DNA of 44,857 bases from Rhizomicrobium sp. (GTDB lineage Bacteria > Pseudomonadota > Alphaproteobacteria > Micropepsales > Micropepsaceae): the NCBI GenBank assembly GCA_036398875.1, contig DASWOE010000217.1, forward strand, positions 1 to 44,857. Direction: 5' to 3'. Of this stretch, positions 1 to 8,497 are shown in pieces. Each line of letters begins with the position of its first letter. The stretch's first letter is position 1. The position numbers and the translations under genes are program-made. Below the pieces are notes generated by a model. It was not told the DNA's origin. It did not search any database and was given only the letters and a program-made list of their open reading frames with translations.

Positions 1-238
1 AATGCCGGTTCCCGAGCGGCATCGTCGAGACCGAGCGGGCGGCGCTTCGACCGGCGAATGCAGTTTTCGTTGGGCGGGATAGAGAAGGTTTGATCTCAGT
101 TCCCTTCCCTCCGCCAGTTCAATGGATCAGGAAATGCTCGCTTCGCGAATTTTCCCCTTCCGGGCGCGGCGACGGCGCGCGGGCCGGTGCTTGCCGTCGC
201 CGGCGGGCCGAGGGCGGACAGCCGAGCGCGGCGCGATG

Positions 239-2680
239 TCACGCCTCAAGCATCCCGCGCACCTTGTTCGCGAGGGCCGACATCGCAAACGGCTTTGTCA
301 GTATTTCCATGCCATGTTCGAGATGACCGTTGCCGATCGCGGCGTTTTCCGCATAGCCGGTGATGAAGAGAACTTTGAACGCCGTTTTATCGACGCGGAC
401 GGCTTCGGCGAGCTGGCGCCCGTTCATGCCGCCGGGCAACCCGACATCGGTGATGAGAAGAGCGATGTCGGGCCGGCCAACCATGACCTTCAGAGCCGAA
501 GCGGCATCGCTCGCCTCGAGCACGCGGTAGCCGTTTTCGGTCAGAACTTCGCTCACCAGCATCCGCACGGTGGGCTCGTCGTCCACGATGAGAATCGTTT
601 CGCCGCTGCCATGATCGATGCGCTCCGTCGCAGCGCCGGCCGACGCGTCGGCCTCGCCGAGATGGCGCGGCAGATAGAGGCACATCGTCGTGCCCTTGCC
701 GACCTCGGTGTAGATGCGGACTTGCCCGCCCGACTGACGGGCGAAGCCGTAGATCATGGAAAGGCCCAATCCGGTGCCCTGGCCGAGCGGCTTGGTCGTG
801 AAAAAGGGATCGAACGCGCGCGCCACCACGTCCGGCGTCATGCCGGAGCCGGTGTCGGACACGCATAGCGATATGTACTGCCCCGGCGAGAGATCGCGGT
901 CGGCGGCGGCGCGCTCGTCGAGCCATTTGTTGGCGGTCTCGATGGTGAGCTTGCCGCCATTCGGCATCGCGTCGCGCCCATTGATGCAGAGGTTGAGCAG
1001 CGCGCTTTCGAGCTGTGGCGCGTCGACGCGGGTCGGCCACAGCCCGCCCGCCCCGACGACTTCGACGGCGATGCCCGGACCGACGGTGCGGCGGACAAGG
1101 TCCTCCATGCCGCCGATCAAACGATTGACGTCGGTCGGCCGCGGGTCGAGCGTCTGTCGCCGCGAGAAGGCGAGCAGCCGATGCGTCAGCGCGGCGGCGC
1201 GGTTGGCCGAATCGAGCGCCGCGCTCAGAAAGCGGTCGATTTCGCCCACCCGGCCTTCCGCGACGCGACGCTGGGCCCGGTCAAGCGCGCCCGTTATCCC
1301 CTGGAGGAGATTGTTGAAATCATGCGCCAGGCCGCCGGTGAGCTGTCCCACCGCTTCCATCTTCTGGGCCTGCCGGAGCTGTTCTTCGAGATTCTTGCGC
1401 TCGGTGATGTCGTGCGCGGTAACCGCCAAGCGCCGCCGTTGCCCCGGTTCCGCCGGTATGGGGGTCGCCACGGCCTCGACCACGGAGCTGCCCTGCATGC
1501 GCGAATACCGATAGGGCACGTCCTGGCGCAACGCCGCCGTCAGATGCGCGTTGAGGTCGGCCACCGTGGCGGGATCGAACAGCTCATCTATCGTCCGGCC
1601 GATCACCTGGTCGCGCGACCTGGCGTACAGCAGCAGCGTGGCGGGGTTGATCTCCTCGTACTCGAATTTTCCGTCGTCGCGGCGCACGAGCGTGGCGTGG
1701 CATTCCGAGGAGTGGGTATAGAAGGTCTGAATGTTCTGGAGCTCGGCCGTGCGTTCCGCGACCCGGCGTTCGAGCGTCTCGTTCGCGCCTTGAAGCGCCG
1801 TCTCCATTTTCTTGCGCTCGGTGACATCGACGCCCTGGACGAAAATCCCGATCACGTCGCCATGCCCGTCGGTAATGGGCTGGTAGACGAAATCGACATA
1901 ATACTCGTCGATGGGCCCGCCCGGACGCTTCTGGCGGGCATATTTGGAGCCGACCGCCGAATAGGCGATTCCGCTGCGGAAGACGCCGTCCAAAAGCGCC
2001 AGATATCCCTGCGCAACGGCATCGGGAAGCGCATCGGCCATCCGCCGCCCCTGCACGTCGCGGCCGACGAGTTCGATGTAGCGCGGATTGGCCAACTCGA
2101 TGACATGCTCGGGACCGCGAAGCATCGCCATGAAGGTCGGGGCCTGTTCGAACAGCCGCGCCAGCCTTTCCTGCTCGGAGGCGAGAATCCGGTTGGCGAT
2201 GACCTGATCGGTGATCTCGATGCAGACGCCGAACAGACCCGCGACCGTTCCATCCCCATGGCGGGTGGGCGTGTAGGAAAATGCGAAATGCGCCTCTTCG
2301 AGCTTGCCGCGGCGGTCCAAGGCGAGCGAGATGTCGTCCATGTGGACCGGGTGTCCCGACCATACCTGGTCGAATAGCGGCTTCAGGTCGGTCCATGCTT
2401 CCGCCCACACCTCCCGGGCAGGCAACCCCAGGCAGTGCGGATGCTTGCGCCCGGCAATGGGAATGAACGCGTCGTTGTACAGCCAGTTCTGGTCGGGCCC
2501 CCAGGCAATGAACATCGGCTGCCGGGACCCGAGCATGAGCTCGACCAGCGTCTGCAGCGCGGCGGGCCATGTGTCGATCGGGCCGAGGGAGGTATCGCGC
2601 CAAGGATGGGCCGCGATGCGGGCGCCGAGCGCGCCCGCCATTGCCCACCGGTCCTGGGTGGTGAGGTCTTGCTGGGTCAC
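239..2680 (-). CDS. PAS/PAC hybrid sensor histidine kinase-response regulator
   Basis: H-box GQLTGGLAHDFNNLL, HATPase boxes (LNLCINGRDAM, SDTGSGM, FFTTKPLGQGTGLGL), C-terminal receiver (LIVDDE, ITDVGLPGGMNG, TKPF) and several PAS/PAC-like repeats ending DVTERK/DITERK. The ORF track start (2836) overlaps the DUF885 gene; likelier starts are GTG 2680 or ATG 2642. Confidence 0.93.
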   Translation of the reverse strand: MTQQDLTTQDRWAMAGALGARIAAHPWRDTSLGPIDTWPAALQTLVELMLGSRQPMFIAWGPDQNWLYNDAFIPIAGRKHPHCLGLPAREVWAEAWTDLKPLFDQVWSGHPVHMDDISLALDRRGKLEEAHFAFSYTPTRHGDGTVAGLFGVCIEITDQVIANRILASEQERLARLFEQAPTFMAMLRGPEHVIELANPRYIELVGRDVQGRRMADALPDAVAQGYLALLDGVFRSGIAYSAVGSKYARQKRPGGPIDEYYVDFVYQPITDGHGDVIGIFVQGVDVTERKKMETALQGANETLERRVAERTAELQNIQTFYTHSSECHATLVRRDDGKFEYEEINPATLLLYARSRDQVIGRTIDELFDPATVADLNAHLTAALRQDVPYRYSRMQGSSVVEAVATPIPAEPGQRRRLAVTAHDITERKNLEEQLRQAQKMEAVGQLTGGLAHDFNNLLQGITGALDRAQRRVAEGRVGEIDRFLSAALDSANRAAALTHRLLAFSRRQTLDPRPTDVNRLIGGMEDLVRRTVGPGIAVEVVGAGGLWPTRVDAPQLESALLNLCINGRDAMPNGGKLTIETANKWLDERAAADRDLSPGQYISLCVSDTGSGMTPDVVARAFDPFFTTKPLGQGTGLGLSMIYGFARQSGGQVRIYTEVGKGTTMCLYLPRHLGEADASAGAATERIDHGSGETILIVDDEPTVRMLVSEVLTENGYRVLEASDAASALKVMVGRPDIALLITDVGLPGGMNGRQLAEAVRVDKTAFKVLFITGYAENAAIGNGHLEHGMEILTKPFAMSALANKVRGMLEA

Positions 2681-2715
2681 GACGATGCCCCGAGATACAT
2701 CTCCCGCCCAACGGA

Positions 2716-2740
2716 AATTCGGCACAGCGGATAAGGTTCC
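2716..2740 (-). promoter_or_regulatory. possible sigma-EcfG (general stress) promoter
   Basis: Minus strand reads GGAAC-cttatccgctgtgccgaa(18 nt)-TT, about 35 nt upstream of the hybrid kinase GTG. This fits the alphaproteobacterial GGAAC-N18/19-TT pattern, but the motif is short. Confidence 0.35.
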
Positions 2741-2795
2741 GGGGCGCCCGCAATCCTCGCCGGCGCCGGCCGCGAGCGGGCGTCCGAAGACCTCG

Positions 2796-4547
2796 TCACT
2801 CCAGCTCGGGATAGGGGCCCTTGCCGCCCTCGGCAATGAAGCGATCGATGCGGGCGGTCAGGACCGGCAGCGGCACCGATCCCATCTGCAGGACGGTGTC
2901 GTGGAACGCGCGGATGTTGAAGCGTGGACCGAGCGCGGCTTCCGCCTTGCGCCGCGCCTCCCAGATCGCCATTTCGCCCAGATAGTAGGAAAGCGCCTGC
3001 CCGGGCCAGGCGATGTAGCGATCGACCTCGGTCTCGACCTCGTGCTCGGGCAGCGCCGTGTACGTCAGGAGATATCGGATCGCCTGCTCGCGCGTCCAGC
3101 CTTGCGAATGGATGCCCGTGTCCACGACCAGGCGCGCGGCGCGCCAGATCTGCCAGCCGAGCATGCCGAAGCGGTCGTAAGGCGTTTCGTACATCCCCAT
3201 CTCGTCGCCGAGCTTCTCGCAATAGAGCGCCCAGCCCTCGCCATAGGCGGAGATGTAGATGTGGCGGCGGAATTCCGGCAGGCCCTTTTGTTCGAGCGCG
3301 ATGGGCATTTGAAACGCATGCCCCGGCGCCGATTCATGCAGCGTCATCGCGGTCAGATTGTAGAGCGGCCGGGTCTCGAGCCGGTAGGTGTTGACGAGGT
3401 ACTGTCCCGGGCCGCCGCGGCCGGAGGTGTAGAACGGCGCGAGATCGTCCGGCACCGGCACGATGGCGAAGCGCATGCGCGGCAGATAGCCGAACCAGAT
3501 CGAGGCCTTGCCGTCGAATTTCTTCGCGATCCACGCCGTCCGCATCAGCAATTCCTGCGGTGTTTTCGCGTAGAATTGCGGATCGGTGCGCAGATAATGC
3601 AGGAAGCCCGGGAAGTCGCCCGTCCAGCCGGTCTGCGTCATCACCTCGATCATCTGCCGGTGCAGGCCGGCGACCTCGCGCAGCCCGAGCGCATGAATCG
3701 CCGCCGGGTCCATATCGAGAGTCGTGTATTCGCGGATCTGCTGGCGATACCACGCCCGGCCGTCCGGCATGTCCTGCGCCGCCAGCGTCGTGCGCGTCCC
3801 CGGAACATATTCGTCACGCATGAAGGCGAGAAGCTCGCGATAGGCCGGCTGGACGGTGTCGCGGATCGCGGCGACGGCCTCGGCGCGGAGCGCCGCCCTG
3901 TCGGCGTCGGCGATGCCCGGCATCTCGACGAACGGCGTGTAGAACAGGCTCTTCTGCGGCGCGGCTTCGGTCACCGCGGTGATCGAGGCGTCGCGACCCT
4001 TCAGGGTCACGCCGGGCGGCGTGAAGCCGCGCTTCAGCCCGGCGTGCATCTCGCCCATCTGTTCGCGGAAGTAGCGCGGAATGTCGCGCATCTGCGCGAT
4101 CCAGTTGCGATAGTCGGCCAAGGTGCGGAAGGGCTTGCGCGCGGTGTAGCCGATGTCGGTCCAGAAGGTCGTGTCGGAATTGACCGGCATCTCGTAGTCG
4201 CGGAATTTCTGGCCGGCGATGAGCGCCGCGATCTGCGGCTTGTAGATATCGTAGTTCTCCTGCTCGGCAGCCGAGAGCTGGTCGCGCGCGATGGCGTTCA
4301 ACTGCGCCATCGTCTTCTCCCAATAGGCGAGCCGCATCGCCTGAGTCGCGGGATCGACCTTCGGCAGGCGGTCGCTGACCGGCTTTTGGCCGTCCTCGTC
4401 GTCGGCGAACTGCTCCTCGCGCCATGCCCATTCGGCAGTGTAGAGCGCCTTGAGCCGCGCATCGGCGCCCGGCGGCTCGCCCTCAGCGCGCGCCACGGCA
4501 ACCAGAAGAATCGCCGCCGACAGCGACAGGAGAATGTGCTTTCGCAT
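2796..4547 (-). CDS. DUF885 family exported metallopeptidase-like protein
   Basis: N-terminal signal peptide; HESAPGH and YGEGWALYCE motifs, RAARLVVDTGIH, EVDRYIAWPGQALSY and FHDTVL, all typical of DUF885. Confidence 0.9.
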   Translation of the reverse strand: MRKHILLSLSAAILLVAVARAEGEPPGADARLKALYTAEWAWREEQFADDEDGQKPVSDRLPKVDPATQAMRLAYWEKTMAQLNAIARDQLSAAEQENYDIYKPQIAALIAGQKFRDYEMPVNSDTTFWTDIGYTARKPFRTLADYRNWIAQMRDIPRYFREQMGEMHAGLKRGFTPPGVTLKGRDASITAVTEAAPQKSLFYTPFVEMPGIADADRAALRAEAVAAIRDTVQPAYRELLAFMRDEYVPGTRTTLAAQDMPDGRAWYRQQIREYTTLDMDPAAIHALGLREVAGLHRQMIEVMTQTGWTGDFPGFLHYLRTDPQFYAKTPQELLMRTAWIAKKFDGKASIWFGYLPRMRFAIVPVPDDLAPFYTSGRGGPGQYLVNTYRLETRPLYNLTAMTLHESAPGHAFQMPIALEQKGLPEFRRHIYISAYGEGWALYCEKLGDEMGMYETPYDRFGMLGWQIWRAARLVVDTGIHSQGWTREQAIRYLLTYTALPEHEVETEVDRYIAWPGQALSYYLGEMAIWEARRKAEAALGPRFNIRAFHDTVLQMGSVPLPVLTARIDRFIAEGGKGPYPELE

Positions 4548-4550
4548 CCA

Positions 4551-5453
4551 TCACACCGTGACCGGCGCCTCTTGTCGATCCTCGGGCACCGGCCTTGCCG
4601 CGGCGCGCAGCAAGACGGCGGCCGTGTAGAGGACCACGACCACCACGCCCCAACGAAGCGCGACCAGCGGCAGGTTGGTCACGGCATAGGCCGCGAGCAG
4701 CACCGCCGGCGCGCCGCCCAAGGCCAAGCCCAGCACGATGCGCAGATCGACGCGCTTGTCGGCGATGAACCGCAGTCCCGTCACCGGCATCAGGAAGGCG
4801 CAGGCGCCCATCATGATCGGGAACGCCGCTTTGGGGTCCAATCCCATCAGGCTGAGCGTGATCAGCGAGGGCGCATAGAGCCCGATGCCGAACGCCATCA
4901 GCGAGCCCAGGACGAAGTGGGCCGCGACGGCGACGACGAAGAACAGCGGCGGCAATGTCAGCGCATTGCCAGTGACCGGCATGAGGTTCAGGTTCTGCAT
5001 GGCATAGAGCGCGGCGGCGATGACCAGCGCGACGCCGACGCTCGCCTGCACCACCTGCACCGACACGCGCTGGACCGCGGCGGCGCCAACGAAGGAACCG
5101 GCGATCGCGGACAGGATGCAGGCGACCATCAGCCGGGGATCGACCTGCACCAGGCGGATGAACACCAGCGCCTCGACGATGGTGGGGATGCAATGGCCGG
5201 CGTTGAGCGTCGCGGGAATGAAGCGGTCGGGAACCAGCGAACGCAGCTTGAGCCAGGCCGTGGTCGGCGCGAAAGAGCCGATGCCCAGCGTGTCGAAGAA
5301 GTTGGTGACGGCGCCCAGGGCGGTGGCCTCGATCCCGATCCGAAGCTGGCCGCGCGCCGCGGCAAGGCGCAGGAGCGTCGCGCCGTAGCCGATGCCGATC
5401 AGCGCCAGCGCGGCCAGAAGAATATCGACGATCAAGCGGCCCCTCGGCTGCAA
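4551..5453 (-). CDS. TauE/SafE (TSUP) family membrane protein
   Basis: Hydrophobic multi-TM protein with NFFDTLGIGSFAPTT and a second repeat GIGLYAP; ends 3 nt before the DUF885 start. Start codon uncertain (TTG 5453). Confidence 0.8.
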   Translation of the reverse strand: MQPRGRLIVDILLAALALIGIGYGATLLRLAAARGQLRIGIEATALGAVTNFFDTLGIGSFAPTTAWLKLRSLVPDRFIPATLNAGHCIPTIVEALVFIRLVQVDPRLMVACILSAIAGSFVGAAAVQRVSVQVVQASVGVALVIAAALYAMQNLNLMPVTGNALTLPPLFFVVAVAAHFVLGSLMAFGIGLYAPSLITLSLMGLDPKAAFPIMMGACAFLMPVTGLRFIADKRVDLRIVLGLALGGAPAVLLAAYAVTNLPLVALRWGVVVVVLYTAAVLLRAAARPVPEDRQEAPVTV

Positions 5454-5497
5454 AAACGTGTCGCGCGCAAGTTGAGCATGATCCTATAGTGGTGACA

Positions 5498-6679
5498 ATG
5501 ACGCCTTCGGAGACGCGCATGACGGCCGCCGACAACCCCGCCCCCATCGGCCTCGCCGAACGGCAGGCGCGTCTGGCGGCGCTGCGATCGCTGATGGACG
5601 AGGCCGGGCTTGCGGCCGTCCTTCTCGGTTCCACGACGAGCCTGCTCTATTTCACCGGCCTGGCGTGGTCGCCGTCGGAACGGTTCACCGGCGCGATCGT
5701 CCATGCGGGCGGCGCCCTGGAATATGTCTGCCCCGGATTCGAACGGGCCAAGCTGTCCGGCGCCGTCGGCGTGACGGGCGACATCCTCACCTGGGAGGAA
5801 GACGACAATCCCCATGCCTTGATCGCGTCGCGACTGAGGCCCGGCGCGCGCCTGGGCCTCGACGATCAAATCGCGTTGTTCGTCTACCTCGCGCTGGCGC
5901 GCGTTCTGCCGCCCGAGCGCCTCGGCGATGCGGGGCCGCTCATCCATGGCTTGCGGAGCCGCAAATCGGCCGCCGAGATCGCGCTCATGAGCAGGGCCAA
6001 GGCGATCACGCTCGAAGTCCAGCGCCGGGCGTGGAAAAGCCTGGCCGAAGGCGTGCGGACGTCGGAGGTCGCGCGCTTCATCGATTCCGAGCATCGCGCG
6101 CTGGGCGGTTCCGACAGCACCTTCTGCATCGTGTCGTTCGGGGCCGACAGCGCGCTGCCGCATGGCGGCGAAACCGACCGCGCGCTGCGCGAAGGCGACG
6201 TCGTCCTGATCGACACGGGCTGCCAGATCGACGGCTACAATTCGGACATCACGCGGACCTATGTCTTCGGCGAGCCACCGCCGCGCCTGCGGGAGATCTG
6301 GCAGTTGGAGAAGGACGCGCAAGCCGCGGCGTTCGAGGCGGCGAGACTCGGCGCGCCCTGCGAATCGGTCGATGCGGCGGCGCGCGCCGTCATCGCCCGC
6401 GCCGGATTGGGTCCGGACTATCGCCTGCCGGGGCTGCCCCATCGCACCGGCCACGGCATCGGGCTCGACCTCCACGAAGCGCCGAACCTGGTGCGCGGCG
6501 ACCGGACGGCGCTGGCGCCCGGCATGTGCTTTTCCAACGAACCGATGATCGTCGTGCCGCAGGCCTTCGGGGTGCGGCTGGAGGATCACTTCCACATGAC
6601 GCAGGAAGGGCCGCGCTGGTTCACGCAGCCGTCGCACAGCCTGGACGCGCCGTTCGCCAACGCGCCGACATTCGCTTGA
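5498..6679 (+). CDS. M24B Xaa-Pro peptidase / prolidase family
   Basis: Creatinase_N-like N-terminus, then metal ligands in IDTG, SDITRT, HRTGHGIGLDLHE, SNEP and RLEDH. Start at ATG 5498 or 5519. Confidence 0.92.
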   Translation: MTPSETRMTAADNPAPIGLAERQARLAALRSLMDEAGLAAVLLGSTTSLLYFTGLAWSPSERFTGAIVHAGGALEYVCPGFERAKLSGAVGVTGDILTWEEDDNPHALIASRLRPGARLGLDDQIALFVYLALARVLPPERLGDAGPLIHGLRSRKSAAEIALMSRAKAITLEVQRRAWKSLAEGVRTSEVARFIDSEHRALGGSDSTFCIVSFGADSALPHGGETDRALREGDVVLIDTGCQIDGYNSDITRTYVFGEPPPRLREIWQLEKDAQAAAFEAARLGAPCESVDAAARAVIARAGLGPDYRLPGLPHRTGHGIGLDLHEAPNLVRGDRTALAPGMCFSNEPMIVVPQAFGVRLEDHFHMTQEGPRWFTQPSHSLDAPFANAPTFA

Positions 6680-6695
6680 CGAGCCGGAGCGCGCG

Positions 6696-7610
6696 ATGCC
6701 GGGCAGCCAGGACTTCGAGAGCGATCCCGCCAACGAAGCGGCGCTGATCTATCTGAACGGAGCGCTGGTGCCGCGTGCCGAGGCGAAGGTTTCGGTGTTC
6801 GATGCCGGCTTCGTCGTCGGCGACGGCATCTGGGAAGGCCTTCGCCTGCACAAGGGCGCCCTGCTCTTCCTCGACGCCCATCTGGACCGGCTGTTCGCCG
6901 GGGCGGCGGCGATCGGACTCGATATCGGGTTGAGCCGCGAGATGCTGGTGGCCGAAATCCGGCGGACGCTGAAGGCCAACCGGTTCGAGGACGGGGCTCA
7001 TCTTCGGCTGATGATCACGCGCGGGCCCAAATCGGGGGCCAATCAGGATCCGCGCAACGCGCTCGGCACGCCCACCATCGTCATCCTGGCGGAACGCAAG
7101 GCGCCGAGTCCGGCCTTGGCGACGCGCGGGCTGTCGCTCGCGACCGTCTCGATCCGGTGCACGCCGGCGCACATGTTCGACATGCGGCTGAATTCGCACA
7201 GCCGGCTCAACCTCATCCTCGCGCTGCAGGAGGCGATCCGCGCCGGCGCCGACGAAGCCCTGATGCTCGATCCGGACGGGTTCGTCTCCAGCTGCAACGC
7301 CACCAACTTCTTTTTCGTCAAGGACGGAATCGTCCATACCTCGACCGGCTTGTTCTGCTTCAACGGCGTCACCCGCGCCAACGTCATCGCGCTGTGCGGG
7401 GCGCACGGGATCGGCATCGCGCTCGGCGACTTCGCCCCGGACGCGGCGCGGGACGCGGACGAAGCCTTTGTCACCGGCACCTTCGGCGGACTGACGCCGG
7501 TGCGCGAGATCGACGGCCGCGCCCTGCCCGCGGCACTGCCCGGGCCGGTCACGTCCCGGCTGCGCGCGGCCTATGCCGCGCTGAAGGATGCCGAGGCCGC
7601 GAAGGCATGA
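6696..7610 (+). CDS. aminotransferase class IV (PLP fold IV)-like protein with atypical active site
   Basis: AKVSVFDAGFVVGDGIWEG, HLDRL, EALMLD, GVTR and EAFVTGT motifs are present. By manual alignment the canonical Lys and Glu positions are Asn166 and Ser199. Confidence 0.9.
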   Translation: MPGSQDFESDPANEAALIYLNGALVPRAEAKVSVFDAGFVVGDGIWEGLRLHKGALLFLDAHLDRLFAGAAAIGLDIGLSREMLVAEIRRTLKANRFEDGAHLRLMITRGPKSGANQDPRNALGTPTIVILAERKAPSPALATRGLSLATVSIRCTPAHMFDMRLNSHSRLNLILALQEAIRAGADEALMLDPDGFVSSCNATNFFFVKDGIVHTSTGLFCFNGVTRANVIALCGAHGIGIALGDFAPDAARDADEAFVTGTFGGLTPVREIDGRALPAALPGPVTSRLRAAYAALKDAEAAKA

Positions 7611-8356
7611 GCGCGCAGCCGCTTCGCATCGCCATGTGGTCGGGCCCGCGCAACATCTCGACCGCGATGATGCGCGCCTTCGAGAACCGCGACGACACCG
7701 CCGTGCTGGACGAGCCGTTCTATGCCGCCTATCTGGCGCTCAGCGGCGCCATCCACCCCATGCGCGAAGAGGTCCTGCGGAGCCAGCCGAACGATTGGCG
7801 CGACGTCGAAGCCGCGCTGCTCGGCCCAAGCCCTCATGGCGCGCCGATCTTCTACCAAAAGCACATGACCCATCACATGCTGCCGCAGATCGGGACAGGC
7901 TGGATGGCGGCGTGCCGCAACATCTTCCTGATCCGGCGGCCGCACGAGGTCGTCGCGTCGTACCAGGACAAGCGGGGCGAGACCACCCTGTCGGACATCG
8001 GCATCGTAAGGCAGGCGGAACTGTTCGATCGCGAAGCGGACCGTCTCGGGCATGCGCCGATCGTGATCGACTCCTCCGACATCTCCGCCGCGCCGCGGTC
8101 CCAGCTGGAGGCGCTTTGCTCCGCGATCGGGATCGCATTCAGCGCGAAGATGCTGCACTGGCCCAAGGGGCGGCGGGCGAGCGACGGCGTGTGGGCGCCG
8201 GCCTGGTACGATCGGGTGGAGCAGTCGACCGGCTTTGTTTCCGGACCGGCGGCCGCCCCGCAAAACCTGTCGCCCGCGCTGGCGGCGATCGCCGACGCGG
8301 CCTATCCATATTACGAGAGGCTGGCACGCTGGAAAATCGCCGGTGCGCGTGTGTGA
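7607..8356 (+). CDS. sulfotransferase-like P-loop protein (Sulfotransfer_5-type)
   Basis: ATGA overlap with the upstream gene; N-terminal WSGPRNISTAMMRAF..R.D..VLDEPFY, QKHMTHH, FLIRRP and MLHWPKG..DGVWAPAWY. Confidence 0.85.
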   Translation: MSAQPLRIAMWSGPRNISTAMMRAFENRDDTAVLDEPFYAAYLALSGAIHPMREEVLRSQPNDWRDVEAALLGPSPHGAPIFYQKHMTHHMLPQIGTGWMAACRNIFLIRRPHEVVASYQDKRGETTLSDIGIVRQAELFDREADRLGHAPIVIDSSDISAAPRSQLEALCSAIGIAFSAKMLHWPKGRRASDGVWAPAWYDRVEQSTGFVSGPAAAPQNLSPALAAIADAAYPYYERLARWKIAGARV

Positions 8357-8430
8357 CCGGCTCGCAGGCCTTTCGGCCATCTTTGAACAGCGGACCCAGG
8401 TGAACCCGGCCTCGTCGGCGCAAGCGTCAA

Positions 8431-8460
8431 CCGGGTGCCCCGCATTCGCGGGGCATGACA
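8431..8460. repeat. REP-like palindromic element
   Basis: TGCCCCGC-ATTC-GCGGGGCA-TGAC, an 8-bp stem with a TGAC foot, between convergent genes. Resembles the alphaproteobacterial GTCATnCCCGCGAAnGCGGG repeats; only one clear copy in the window. Confidence 0.6.
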
Positions 8461-8497
8461 CCATTATTTGAATGCGGCGTGGGTCGGATTCACGACA

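Noticed and set aside
2304-5489. 1061-aa plus-strand ORF
   Set aside because: Antisense shadow of the kinase, DUF885 and TauE genes; no recognisable domain.
6696-7610. Naming this gene ilvE or dat
   Set aside because: The catalytic Lys and pyridine-binding Glu appear to be absent.
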